This document shows positions 29,499-39,126 of a DNA stretch of 64,000 nucleotides, in pieces. Origin of the DNA: a bacterium (GTDB lineage: Bacteria; UBA8248). The stretch lies in NCBI GenBank assembly GCA_965200245.1, contig CBDATS010000005.1:736001-800000 (forward strand). The letters are read 5' to 3'. Position numbers and translations under genes: made by a program. Below the pieces are notes generated by a model. That model was not told the origin of the DNA. It saw only the letters and a list, made by a program, of their open reading frames with translations, and did not search any database. Each line of letters opens with the position of its first letter. Within the stretch, counting starts at the first letter, position 1.

Positions 29499-30452
29499 GT
29501 GATGAGCCGCGCGTTTCCAAAGCCAGTAGTCGTGGTGAGCAAGTGCTTGGAGTTCGAGGCATGCCGCTACAACGGCGAGCGAATCTCGGCACCCTTCATC
29601 GAACGGCTCGAACCCCATGTGCGTTTCCGGCCCGTCTGTCCCGAGGTGGCGATTGGCTTGTCCACGCCAAGAGACCCGATACGAATCCACTTACAAGACG
29701 GGAAGAAACGTCTCTACCAGCCCACCACGCAGAGGCAACTCACACGAAAGATGAACACCTTTTCCAGACGGTTTCTTGAGAATATCGAAGAAGTTGACGG
29801 TTTTATTCTCAAGGCAAAATCACCATCGTGCGCGATCACCGACGCCAAGATTTTTCCTTCCGCTGCAGCGGGCGATCACGTAACCTTGGGGTCGGGCCTG
29901 TTCGCAGGCGCCGTTCTCGAGAGATTCGGCGCGCGCGCGTTCGTGGACGAAACCGAGTTGAACGACACCGAAGTCCGTGAAGGTTTTCTCACCAAAATCT
30001 TCGCGCTTGCAGCCTTTCGCGAAGCCCGGGAATCAGGCCACCCCGCCAGCCTCACCCGCTACCACGCGGAGAACAAGCTCCTGTTCCTGGCCTATGACCA
30101 AGAGATAATGAGGGGGATGGGGCACATCGCGGCGAACCGCGAAAAATACGCGTTCCGTGAGGCCATCTCCACATACGAAGGCGCACTCACGAGACTTCTC
30201 TCCCGTTCACCTACGCGCGCCTCATGGGTGAACGCTCTCACCCACGCTATGGGACATTTTTCGAAAAAAAATGGATCGAGAGACAAAGCGCTCTTTCTCG
30301 ATGCGATAGAAGAATATCGTCAGAGAAAAGCCCCGCTATACGAGTTGATCGAAACCCTCAGAGGGTGGATCGCGCACCTTGGTTCTAAATATCTCGAGGC
30401 GCAGACTCTTTTCGAGCCCTATCCGAAGGAATTGGGGGGTGGGATAACCTGA
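29499..30452 (+). CDS. DUF523 (TudS-like) + DUF1722 protein (YbgA family)
   Basis: VSKCL..CRYNG, VCPEV..G..TPR, KSPSC, NALTHAMGHF and YLEAQTLFEPYP motifs. Confidence 0.88.
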   Translation: MMSRAFPKPVVVVSKCLEFEACRYNGERISAPFIERLEPHVRFRPVCPEVAIGLSTPRDPIRIHLQDGKKRLYQPTTQRQLTRKMNTFSRRFLENIEEVDGFILKAKSPSCAITDAKIFPSAAAGDHVTLGSGLFAGAVLERFGARAFVDETELNDTEVREGFLTKIFALAAFREARESGHPASLTRYHAENKLLFLAYDQEIMRGMGHIAANREKYAFREAISTYEGALTRLLSRSPTRASWVNALTHAMGHFSKKNGSRDKALFLDAIEEYRQRKAPLYELIETLRGWIAHLGSKYLEAQTLFEPYPKELGGGIT

Positions 30453-30879
30453 CATCGAAACGAAAGGCCCAGTATCTTGGGCAACAGGGTTTGCGCAAAG
30501 TCATGCAATGTCCTGATGGATTATTGAAGTTAAACGTCGGGGTGATGACTACCACTCATCATGGATTGAACGGCCATTCTGTAATGACCTGGAAAAGAGA
30601 AAAACGAACTGTTTCAGATTGCCAACGACCATTGTTGCAGGTTTCTGAAAATCAAATCGTTGGAATCGGGGGTGAGCCGGGTAAGCTGGCGCCTTCCGGT
30701 GTAACGACATCTGGACCCACCCGCCTCCGCACATCCTGAAAGTAGATACCTCATTCCAGGTCAAAAATTTATACCCATTCACTCCACACCCCCGGATAAC
30801 AATCTCATGGCGAAGCAACCCGATTTGGTGATATAATGAGGACTTTATTCCAGGGAGTTGAATCACTGAGGACATTGCA

Positions 30880-31521
30880 ATGCCAAGACGCCATAAAGTG
30901 CGCAAATTCAAGCCCTATCTCATGCGCTACCTTCATTCGGACGACCCGAACTACGAGCCCGTGCTGAGAGATCTGCTTGAGCACGAACATGAGGTCTATG
31001 ACGAGAGTACCGTCGGCGAGGGCGCGGAGGCGACCCGTGGGGAGAGGCTTCCTCATATGTGGCACGTTGTCTTTACGGAACTTACCGACATTCTCACCCC
31101 ATTCCACATCGAACAGCTTTTCGAGCGTCTGGAGAGAGATTTCTCGGCTACGTGCCAAACGATTCGAGAGATGTCCGACCCGCAGCCGATGAAGGAAGAC
31201 CCTGAGTTCCGGCACTACCTCATGCGGTACCTCAACACGAACGACCCGAACTACGAACCCGTGCTGAGAGATCTGCTCGAACACGAACACGAGATTTACG
31301 ACACCATAACAGCGAGAGAAGATATAGATTTCCAGCGCGGCGAACGCGGTACGCTCACGTGGCAGGCCGTCCACAGCGAACTCTCGACAGTCGCCTCGCC
31401 AGAGCAGATTCGGGAACTCTTCGACAAGCTGGAGAAAGATTTCTCGGCTACCTGCGCGCTATTCCACGAAATGGCCGAGGCGGAAAAACTCATTCAGGAA
31501 GAGGAAGGCGGACCCGGCTAG
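30880..31521 (+). CDS. Hypothetical protein made of two 100-aa repeats
   Basis: 213-aa ORF, GAGG upstream, exact 300-nt repeat period. Confidence 0.8.
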   Translation: MPRRHKVRKFKPYLMRYLHSDDPNYEPVLRDLLEHEHEVYDESTVGEGAEATRGERLPHMWHVVFTELTDILTPFHIEQLFERLERDFSATCQTIREMSDPQPMKEDPEFRHYLMRYLNTNDPNYEPVLRDLLEHEHEIYDTITAREDIDFQRGERGTLTWQAVHSELSTVASPEQIRELFDKLEKDFSATCALFHEMAEAEKLIQEEEGGPG

Positions 31522-31647
31522 TCTTGCTTTCAAGCCTCTTGCCACTACAGACCGTGGGATCCTTGGGATATAAAGCTTATCGAGTCATAGACAACCGGAC
31601 ACGGCTTCAAAACCGAAGTTCACAACTTATCGATAAGGGAGGCCCGC

Positions 31648-32034
31648 ATGGCGAAATACTCATACGATCATCTCCATTTCAGGAGCGAGGATCCGCACGT
31701 TGCCCGTGATTTCTGGATCAACATGTTCGACGCCAACGTCGTGGAAGAGAGAACGTTGGGAGGCGCACCGTCGTTCAAGTTGGACCTGAACGGCATGGTG
31801 TTCCTCGTTTCGGGCCGAGCTGAGGGAGAAGACCCTGTGCGGACGGGCTCCGAACCCCGCTACGGGCTGGACCATTTCGGACTCCTGGTCGACGACATGG
31901 ACGAGGCTCAAAAAGAACTTACCGAGAAGGGTGCCGAGTGGATCTGCGAACCTTGGGAAATACGCCCGGGGGTGAAAATCGCCTTCATCAAAGGTCCAGA
32001 CAACATCAGTATCGAAATGGCACAACGAAGCTAA
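31648..32034 (+). CDS. VOC/glyoxalase family protein
   Basis: YDHLH, GLDHFG and AFIKGPDNISIE motifs; GGGAGG RBS. Confidence 0.88.
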   Translation: MAKYSYDHLHFRSEDPHVARDFWINMFDANVVEERTLGGAPSFKLDLNGMVFLVSGRAEGEDPVRTGSEPRYGLDHFGLLVDDMDEAQKELTEKGAEWICEPWEIRPGVKIAFIKGPDNISIEMAQRS

Positions 32035-32145
32035 TTCCGTTCGAAGTAGCCCCTGATAGCATGCATCCACATGTAGCGTGTCGTCATCAAATTCGCTGGG
32101 TGATACTGTTTTCCGAGGGTAGTCCCGCCGCCAGGGAATTTCGCC

Positions 32146-32832
32146 ATGAAAAAATGGAACAGACGAAAACTGCTGAAAAACTTCCTGCTGGGCCTGACCG
32201 CGCTCTCTTCAAGCGCTTTTGGGCTTTACAAGAATCTCTCCCCTACGCCTGCCTATGGGGAACTGGGGGAATTCGGAAAATTCCTGATCGCGAAAGGCGA
32301 GAAACTCGATGAGGTTCCGCCCAAAAGACGAAAGCCGACAGCTTCGGATTCCATGGGACCTTATTATAAAGAGGGGGCTCCTTTCCGCGGCCGCCTGATG
32401 CCTCAGGGAGCACCGGGCTCTCCCATGATCATCCGTGGCCACGTCTACGGGTACGACACTCAAAAACCGCTTGAGGGCGCGACGATTGACGTATGGCAGG
32501 CGGATACAAACGGTAGCTACCACGGCATGGGTGAAAAGGGGAATTATCTCTACAGAGCACGCATGCGCACCATACACCAAGGTCTCTATCAGTTCGAAAC
32601 TGTGCATCCGGGACGCTACGGCTTTGGCTTCTGGGCGAGGCCGTCACACATTCATTTCTATGTCCGCCATCCCGATTACCAGTCACTGGTTACGCAACTG
32701 TATTTTCGCGGCGACCCGAGACTGGGAGACCATGAACAATTGCGGCCCTCTTTGATCATCCCGCTCAAGAAAGTTTCCTGGGGAAAAACCTACGAACTGG
32801 GTAATTTCGACATTGTTCTGATGCGGAAATAA
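32146..32832 (+). CDS. Intradiol ring-cleavage dioxygenase family protein with twin-arginine-like leader
   Basis: NRRKLLK, GPYY, DVWQAD..G.Y, PGRY, RPSHIHF and TQLYF motifs. Confidence 0.82.
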   Translation: MKKWNRRKLLKNFLLGLTALSSSAFGLYKNLSPTPAYGELGEFGKFLIAKGEKLDEVPPKRRKPTASDSMGPYYKEGAPFRGRLMPQGAPGSPMIIRGHVYGYDTQKPLEGATIDVWQADTNGSYHGMGEKGNYLYRARMRTIHQGLYQFETVHPGRYGFGFWARPSHIHFYVRHPDYQSLVTQLYFRGDPRLGDHEQLRPSLIIPLKKVSWGKTYELGNFDIVLMRK

Positions 32833-32879
32833 TATCCGACCTTTCCCATCATGGACAGGAAACCTGAAGGATCCGGCAA

Positions 32880-34196
32880 TCAGTCGTATAGTGCCGATTG
32901 AAGTTGCTCGCGTATTTTTTCGGGCTTGATTCCGAAGGCGTGAAGCATGTCCCCGGCTTCACGAATGACCTGATCGATATCCTCATAGATTTTGTATGCC
33001 TTCGTGTAGTCGGGATACTCGAAACCCATGGCTTGGCCGATAATCGTCATGAAATTTTCGACTTGAAATGGCTCATGCTTTTCTATATCGCATAATTCCC
33101 GATGGCAGCTATGATAAACCGTGAGCAGGGAATCCACCTGGGCGCGGCGTGCCGAATCGAAAAGTTTTTCTCGCATCGCCGCTTTCGCCTCAGGGATGAG
33201 CAATGTGGGGCACTGATAGCCGTGATCCGATAGTTGTTCAATTTCCACGAATTCAAGGCCAGGAACCATTTTCAGGATTTTCATGACGTTTTCCTCGACG
33301 CCTTCAGTGCCTCCATGCAAGTGCACGGCCACGCGTTTATCCACCTTTTGGGTAAACTCTTCTCGCAGGGTTTCCAGATTTTCCACCAGATATTGCGTGA
33401 TGTGGATAAACGGCAAGATTTCTTCCCTGCCAAGACCCGGCTCATCCGCAATGGGGAGAACCGGCCTTCCGGTGTAGAGATTTTGATACTCAGAGTATTG
33501 CATCTGGCAAGTGGGACAAAACGTAATGACTCTTTCCGGCGCATATGATTTGAAGTGCGCGAGGGAACGAGCACCCATCGCGGCTCCCGCCTCCAGATCC
33601 CCGCGCCTGATGTGGTTAATTCCGCAACAATGGCCCACACCGCCTGCCACTTCATAATCAAGCCCAAGACGGTCGAAAACATCGATACAGGAGAGCAAGA
33701 TGTGTGGAGTCTGGAGGATATTGCATCCAAAGTAAAACACTGCATCGACATTATCCGCCTCGGAGCCCCGCACGGCGGTAAGGCGCCTGAACTGCTCGGG
33801 TTCGAGTTGCAGTGCCGCCATGAAACGAATCTTCCTGCTCAAATCCTGAAAATAAGCCCGGCTGGTCTTCTGCAGTTCCACTTCTTCCGACTCGATCTTC
33901 TGAAGCTTGAGTCTGGCGTAGGTGAGCATTTCGCGTGGATTGACGTCCTCCGGGCAGGCCTCGATGCAAATCCCGCTTTTTTGACAAGCCTTGGCCCAAA
34001 TCGCCCCTTCCGTTTCGTGAGGACGACCGTTCAGGATGTCAACAACGGATTTCGTTACCCGTTCGGGATCCGCTCCTTTGGCACCCGAATACGGGACCAT
34101 CGGACAGACCTCATAACACTTCCCGCAATACGTACAGGCTTCGGTGATATGAGCGATCTGCGCTTCCATGTAACTCCTGTATACACTCGTTTCCAT
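32880..34196 (-). CDS. Fe-S oxidoreductase (ferredoxin-type dicluster + CCG domain; HdrD/GlpC-like)
   Basis: CTYCGKCYEVCP, CQKSGICIEACP, FGC, CCG and CPTC motifs. Confidence 0.85.
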   Translation of the reverse strand: METSVYRSYMEAQIAHITEACTYCGKCYEVCPMVPYSGAKGADPERVTKSVVDILNGRPHETEGAIWAKACQKSGICIEACPEDVNPREMLTYARLKLQKIESEEVELQKTSRAYFQDLSRKIRFMAALQLEPEQFRRLTAVRGSEADNVDAVFYFGCNILQTPHILLSCIDVFDRLGLDYEVAGGVGHCCGINHIRRGDLEAGAAMGARSLAHFKSYAPERVITFCPTCQMQYSEYQNLYTGRPVLPIADEPGLGREEILPFIHITQYLVENLETLREEFTQKVDKRVAVHLHGGTEGVEENVMKILKMVPGLEFVEIEQLSDHGYQCPTLLIPEAKAAMREKLFDSARRAQVDSLLTVYHSCHRELCDIEKHEPFQVENFMTIIGQAMGFEYPDYTKAYKIYEDIDQVIREAGDMLHAFGIKPEKIREQLQSALYD

Positions 34197-34480
34197 GGTC
34201 TTCCTACATGAAAGTGAAAAATACGGAGAAAATTCTATGAGAGCCTGCGGTCATGGTCAACCAAACGGATGGTGGGCGGCGTTGAGTTTCGTGAAAACGC
34301 CATGCCCTAGTCGGTCGTCTCGCCAAGGGTGTTTTTGACCCGATCCTTTCAATATGCTAGTTAGGAGCCAGTTTCCTGCTTTGTGGATTCGACGTAACAC
34401 CCCTGTGGAAATGGCCTCATACCCACATCTAAATTAACACATGCCATCTGGAACGGAAGGCTTGGAGGAGGTTTTGAGAA

Positions 34481-35989
34481 ATGCCGAATGCTACAGAAAA
34501 GTACGATGTCGTCGTCGTAGGTTGCGGTAATGCCGCCCTTTGCGCATCGCTTGCAGCTCGAGATCAAGGAGCGAAAGCGTTGGTGCTCGAAAAAGCGCCC
34601 GAAGCGTGGCGGGGCGGGAATTCAGCGTTTTCGGGAGGACTTTTCCGCTTCGCCTTCCATAGCATCGAAGACATCTACTCGCTCGTGCCCGATCTTTCAG
34701 ATGCAGAGAAAGAAAATATCGAGATCGACCCCTACACATCTGAAAAATTCTTCGACGATCTGGCCATGCTGACCGAATACCAGACCGATGGAGATCTGGC
34801 TTCCGTTCTGATCCACGAGTCGTTTCCAACCCTGAAATGGATGCAGTCAAAAGGCCTGCGGCTCATTCTCGCGAGCGGTCGACAGGCATTCAAGGTAGAC
34901 GGCAAGATGCGTTTCTGGGGAGGGTTGGTTCTCGAGATCGTCGGTGGTGGCCGGGGGCTTATCGACTCACTCCTCGACGCTGCAAACAACGCCGGCGTCG
35001 AGATTCGCTATGCATCGAAGGCTATGCGACTTATCACCGACCCAATGGGCACTGTGACGGGCGTCGAAGTTAAAGGCCCCGATGGACCCTATATAGTCGA
35101 AACCCACGGGGTCGTTCTGGCATCAGGCGGGTTCGAGGCAAACGCCGAGATGCGCTGCCGCTACCTCGGGCCGGGGTGGGAACTCGCAAAGGTCCGTGGT
35201 ACCCCATACAACACGGGGGACGGCATCAAAATGGCGCTCGATATCGGAGCGCAACCCTACGGCAACTGGAGCGGCTGTCACGCCGTCGCCTGGGATTTGA
35301 ACGCTCCCCCCTTCGGCGACCTCACGGTAGGAGAATCCTACCAAAAACATTCCTATCCGTTCGGTATCATCGTGAACATCGAGGGCAAACGTTTCGTGGA
35401 TGAGGGCGCCGATTTCAGAAACTACACCTACGCAAAATATGGCAGGAACATCCTGCAGCAGCCTCAACGAGCCGCTTTCCAGATATTCGATCAGAAAACG
35501 GTGCACATGCTGCGCGACGAATACCGCATCCGCGAAATCACCAAGGCCGAGGCCAACACGCTAGAAGAACTCGCGAGGCAACTGGAGATCGATGTGGACG
35601 TGTTTGCCAAAACCATTCAGGAATACAATGCCGCCGTTCAGCCGGGCGAATACAATCCGACTATCAAGGACGGCAAACGAACGAAGGGCATCGACCCCCC
35701 GAAATCGAACTGGGCACTTCCCATCGATGAGCCGCCCTATCTCGGTTTCGCTGTCACGACTGGCATAACATTTACCTTCGGCGGCATCCGCGTGACACCC
35801 AAAGCAGAGGTCATGAACACGGAAAACGAGGTCATCCCCGGTCTGTTCGCTGCGGGAGAACTCGTGGGCGGCGTCTACTATTTCAACTACCCGGGAGGAG
35901 CAGGGCTTACCCTAGGTTCCGTATATGGACGGCTGGCAGGTACCGCAGCAGGGCAGCGTGCTGCCGAAGCAAACGCGGCCTCCGCGTAA
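34481..35989 (+). CDS. FAD-dependent tricarballylate dehydrogenase TcuA-like flavoprotein
   Basis: VVGCGNAA, RGGNS, ASGGFEAN, VRGTPYNTGDG, RFVDEGAD, GITFTFGG and NYPGG motifs. Substrate not established. Confidence 0.82.
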   Translation: MPNATEKYDVVVVGCGNAALCASLAARDQGAKALVLEKAPEAWRGGNSAFSGGLFRFAFHSIEDIYSLVPDLSDAEKENIEIDPYTSEKFFDDLAMLTEYQTDGDLASVLIHESFPTLKWMQSKGLRLILASGRQAFKVDGKMRFWGGLVLEIVGGGRGLIDSLLDAANNAGVEIRYASKAMRLITDPMGTVTGVEVKGPDGPYIVETHGVVLASGGFEANAEMRCRYLGPGWELAKVRGTPYNTGDGIKMALDIGAQPYGNWSGCHAVAWDLNAPPFGDLTVGESYQKHSYPFGIIVNIEGKRFVDEGADFRNYTYAKYGRNILQQPQRAAFQIFDQKTVHMLRDEYRIREITKAEANTLEELARQLEIDVDVFAKTIQEYNAAVQPGEYNPTIKDGKRTKGIDPPKSNWALPIDEPPYLGFAVTTGITFTFGGIRVTPKAEVMNTENEVIPGLFAAGELVGGVYYFNYPGGAGLTLGSVYGRLAGTAAGQRAAEANAASA

Positions 35990-36085
35990 TTCTCCTGTCT
36001 CAGTAGCGAGAAAAGGCTCCCTTCGAACTTAAGTTATACAGCAACTGGAATCCGGGGTGTCGATGCCTGTTTTCAGGCATGAATA

Positions 36086-36664
36086 TCATTCCGTAACACC
36101 GCTCAAGGAGACCGATTCGCCATTCAGGCTCACTGAACTCTTCAGGGGAACAGCGGCCGTCACCATTTGTTCGGCGAAGCATCCTTGCTTCGCGTTCTTG
36201 ATGACAGCCAGAATTTTCTCTGCCGGTTCATCTGATTCCACCTCGAAGTGCGTGCGGACTTCGTTGCAGCCGGAATTCACCGTGCCCTTTAGAACGGAAC
36301 CCCGCAGAAAATAATCGAAATCCACGTGCACTTTCGCATGTGTAAAGGACACTTTCATCATATGCGCGTACCGCGCAAGCTGGGTGAGGAGTCAGAATCC
36401 CACTCCCATCGCGATATAGCAAAGCGGCTGTGGATGGGAATCCTCACCACCGATACGTGGCGGTTCGTCGCAATACACCTCGAAGTGTCTGTGTGTCCCC
36501 AGCTTGAGTTGACCTTTTCCTTCAATCGTTTCGGTGTCGGCGGACATGGTGAAGGCATAGCCCTGCGCGGGGAGTTCCGGCTTGTCGATGGCACGTTCAC
36601 CAGGAACGACGCTGTCTTTACGCGGATCGAGAGGTTCCACTTGTCTTGTCTCCTTTGGTGTCAT
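36086..36664 (-). CDS. OsmC/Ohr-like peroxidase-family protein, probable selenoprotein (UGA at 36392-36394)
   Basis: ORFs 36392-36664 and 36086-36361 are in one frame: DEPPRIGGEDSHPQPLCYIAMGVGF-(TGA)-LLTQLARYAHMMK...AKQGCFAEQ. Confidence 0.85.
36363..36377 (-). promoter_or_regulatory. Bacterial SECIS-like hairpin
   Basis: mRNA UGA-CUCCUCACCCAGCU-UGCGCG-GUA-CGCGCA: perfect 6-bp stem after a 14-nt spacer, with G first in the loop. Confidence 0.65.
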
Positions 36665-36760
36665 AAGAATGGCGGTAGAAAAACGCTATTATGCATGCAA
36701 GGGTGACGAAAGAAAATCACCTCGGCAATCATTCTCTGATGATCTCAAAGGGGCTATTCC

Positions 36761-37720
36761 GTGAACCGAATCGTAGTACCAGATGATTACCCTTCCGTTT
36801 TCACTGGTAGCAGCGCAGAGGATCGCCTACGGGAAATCGGCGATGCGGAAATACATACCTCGAACCCGCAAACGTCCGAAGAACTCATGAGACGTGTCTC
36901 AAGAGCCGATGGAATCATCAACATCCGGGCTTTTTGCAAGTTCGATGCGGAATTTTTCGCGAACTGTGAAGGTCTCAAGATACTTTCGATCTGGGGAACA
37001 GGCACGGACCATGTCGACTTGGGGGCGGCCGACCGCGCAGGTGTCATCGTATCAAACACGCCGGGTGTGGCCGCCGTTTCGGTAGCAGAGCACACCCTGG
37101 CCTTGATGATGGCTGTGGCGCGCCAGATTCCCGGAAACGATTCCGCCACGCGTGCGGGCGACTGGCCCCGGGGACAGATGAAACAATTGAACGGGAAAAC
37201 GCTTGGCCTCATCGGCTTGGGCGCCATCGGACGTCAAACGGCCCGCATCGCTGCCGGCATCGGTATGAAACTCATCGCCTGGACGTTTCACCCGGACAAA
37301 TATTTCGCTGAAGAGTTAGGACTCGAGTTTGTTGACTTGAACCTTTTGTATGAACGGGCCGACATCGTCTCAATACACGTGCGCCAATCACCAGACACTG
37401 TCGGAATGATTGGTGCGGAAGCTTTCTCCCGCATGGGGCCGAACACAATTCTGGTCAACACTGCACGGGGGCCCGTCGTAGATGAAGACGCGCTTGTTTC
37501 AGCTTTGGAAAATGGAACCCTGGCTGCAGCGGGTCTCGACGTGTTCGACCAGGAACCCTTGCCCGCGAATCATCCGCTTGGAAAACTGGAAAACGTGGTT
37601 CTCTCCCCGCACAATGCGGGCATCACACCCGAAGTGACCGAAGCAGGCCTTCTGATGTCAGTGGAAAATGTCGCCGCTGCCCTATCGGGCAACCCACAAA
37701 ACGTGGTGTATTCACCATGA
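36761..37720 (+). CDS. D-2-hydroxyacid dehydrogenase (phosphoglycerate dehydrogenase-like)
   Basis: SVAEH, GLIGLGAIG, NTARG, LDVFDQEP and SPHNA motifs. Confidence 0.88.
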   Translation: MNRIVVPDDYPSVFTGSSAEDRLREIGDAEIHTSNPQTSEELMRRVSRADGIINIRAFCKFDAEFFANCEGLKILSIWGTGTDHVDLGAADRAGVIVSNTPGVAAVSVAEHTLALMMAVARQIPGNDSATRAGDWPRGQMKQLNGKTLGLIGLGAIGRQTARIAAGIGMKLIAWTFHPDKYFAEELGLEFVDLNLLYERADIVSIHVRQSPDTVGMIGAEAFSRMGPNTILVNTARGPVVDEDALVSALENGTLAAAGLDVFDQEPLPANHPLGKLENVVLSPHNAGITPEVTEAGLLMSVENVAAALSGNPQNVVYSP

Positions 37721-38154
37721 TCTGCTGGAATGAAATAGACAAACATGTTTTTGTATTCTGTATTCCGCTGCAACGTATCTCTCGCTCAATAAACCTCTGG
37801 CAATTTTGACGCCCGAACGTCAAATGAACCCTTTCGGTATAGCCCGCGTAGCAAAAAAATCGGCACGTCTGAAGAGTCACTGTCAAATCTGTTGTATCGT
37901 CATCCCGAGTTCGATGTTGTTTGTTTTTCGTTCACCTTATTGATGCTCCTTGCCTCGGTGACCACGTCTGCCAGATGACGGAAGCCGCGCAGGCGGCATC
38001 GACCGCGTTAATCATTTCGCTTATTGGATAGCATCCATCATCGTCGGCGTTGAGGTGCCTCTGTGTATAACAACATGCGAATAAAAAAGAAGAATAAAAT
38101 ACAAATCCGCTCCGGGCGGCGCATCAGCACCCTGGAACTGTTTCGTACGTCCGT

Positions 38155-39117
38155 CTACGCGTTATCTGTAACAACATTGACGGGCGTGCCTCTCAGGAAC
38201 GATTCGATGTTCGCCACAGGCACGTCACGAAACCTCGCGTAGGTACCATCCGTAATCCACGCCGAATGCGGTGTGATGATGACGTTATCCAAAGAACGAT
38301 ATACCGAATCTCTCGGCAACGGTTCGAAAGGCTCGAACACGTCCAAGCCCGCGCCGGCGATGCGCCGTTTTCGCAAGGCATCCAGCAATGCATCCTCTTC
38401 CACAATCTGAGCGCGCGCCGTGTTGATGAAAAACGCCGTCTCCTGCATTTGAGCGAAGTTCTCTTTTGTCATAAAAGGCGCGGCACCCGCCGGCAAATGA
38501 AGATGGAGAGACACTACGTCGGCACCGAGACATTCATCGACGGAAGCCGCTTTCGCCCCTTCGGCTTGCGCGCGTTCAGGTGTCATAGAAGGAGAACAGG
38601 TGATGACCCTCATCCCGAAACCCAAGGCCATGCGACAGACCAAGCGAGCGATATGACCGAAGCCGATAAGGGCCAATGTCTTTCCGGCGAGCTCAACCCC
38701 TGGATCCTGAGGCCAGTCACCCTCTTTCAAAGCGGGGAACATGAACGGCATTCTTTTCGCGAGTGCCAGAATCAGCATCATCGTGTGCTCGGCCACGGAC
38801 GCAGCGCTCGCCGCAGGTGTCGTGCTCACCACGATCCCGCGTGCGTTGGCGCGACCCATGTCGATCATGCGCGGGCGTGTGCCCATTACGGAAATCATTT
38901 TGAGATGAGGAATATGATCGAGCAAATCGGTCGACTTGAAGTCGGTCTGGTACCTGGTCGTGAGAATTATCTCCGCATTCTTCAGTCGTTCGCGAAGCAA
39001 TTCTTCGGTGTCGGCATTATCGGTATAATAATGAACGTCACCCAAGACGCGTAATCGCCCAAGAGCTGCGGAATTTTCGAACAACTGAAAACAATCGTCG
39101 GGAATAACGATTTGCAT
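38155..39117 (-). CDS. D-2-hydroxyacid dehydrogenase family protein
   Basis: SVAEH, IGFGHIA, NTARA, GLDVF and TPHSA motifs. Confidence 0.88.
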   Translation of the reverse strand: MQIVIPDDCFQLFENSAALGRLRVLGDVHYYTDNADTEELLRERLKNAEIILTTRYQTDFKSTDLLDHIPHLKMISVMGTRPRMIDMGRANARGIVVSTTPAASAASVAEHTMMLILALAKRMPFMFPALKEGDWPQDPGVELAGKTLALIGFGHIARLVCRMALGFGMRVITCSPSMTPERAQAEGAKAASVDECLGADVVSLHLHLPAGAAPFMTKENFAQMQETAFFINTARAQIVEEDALLDALRKRRIAGAGLDVFEPFEPLPRDSVYRSLDNVIITPHSAWITDGTYARFRDVPVANIESFLRGTPVNVVTDNA

Positions 39118-39126
39118 CGTGAAGTT

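Noticed and set aside
30452-30880. Short ORFs in a lower-GC spacer
   Set aside because: No motif, RBS support or identifiable family.
37720-38155. AT-richer spacer with short ORFs between convergent dehydrogenases
   Set aside because: Could be a remnant, but no frame gave a recognisable protein or RNA.
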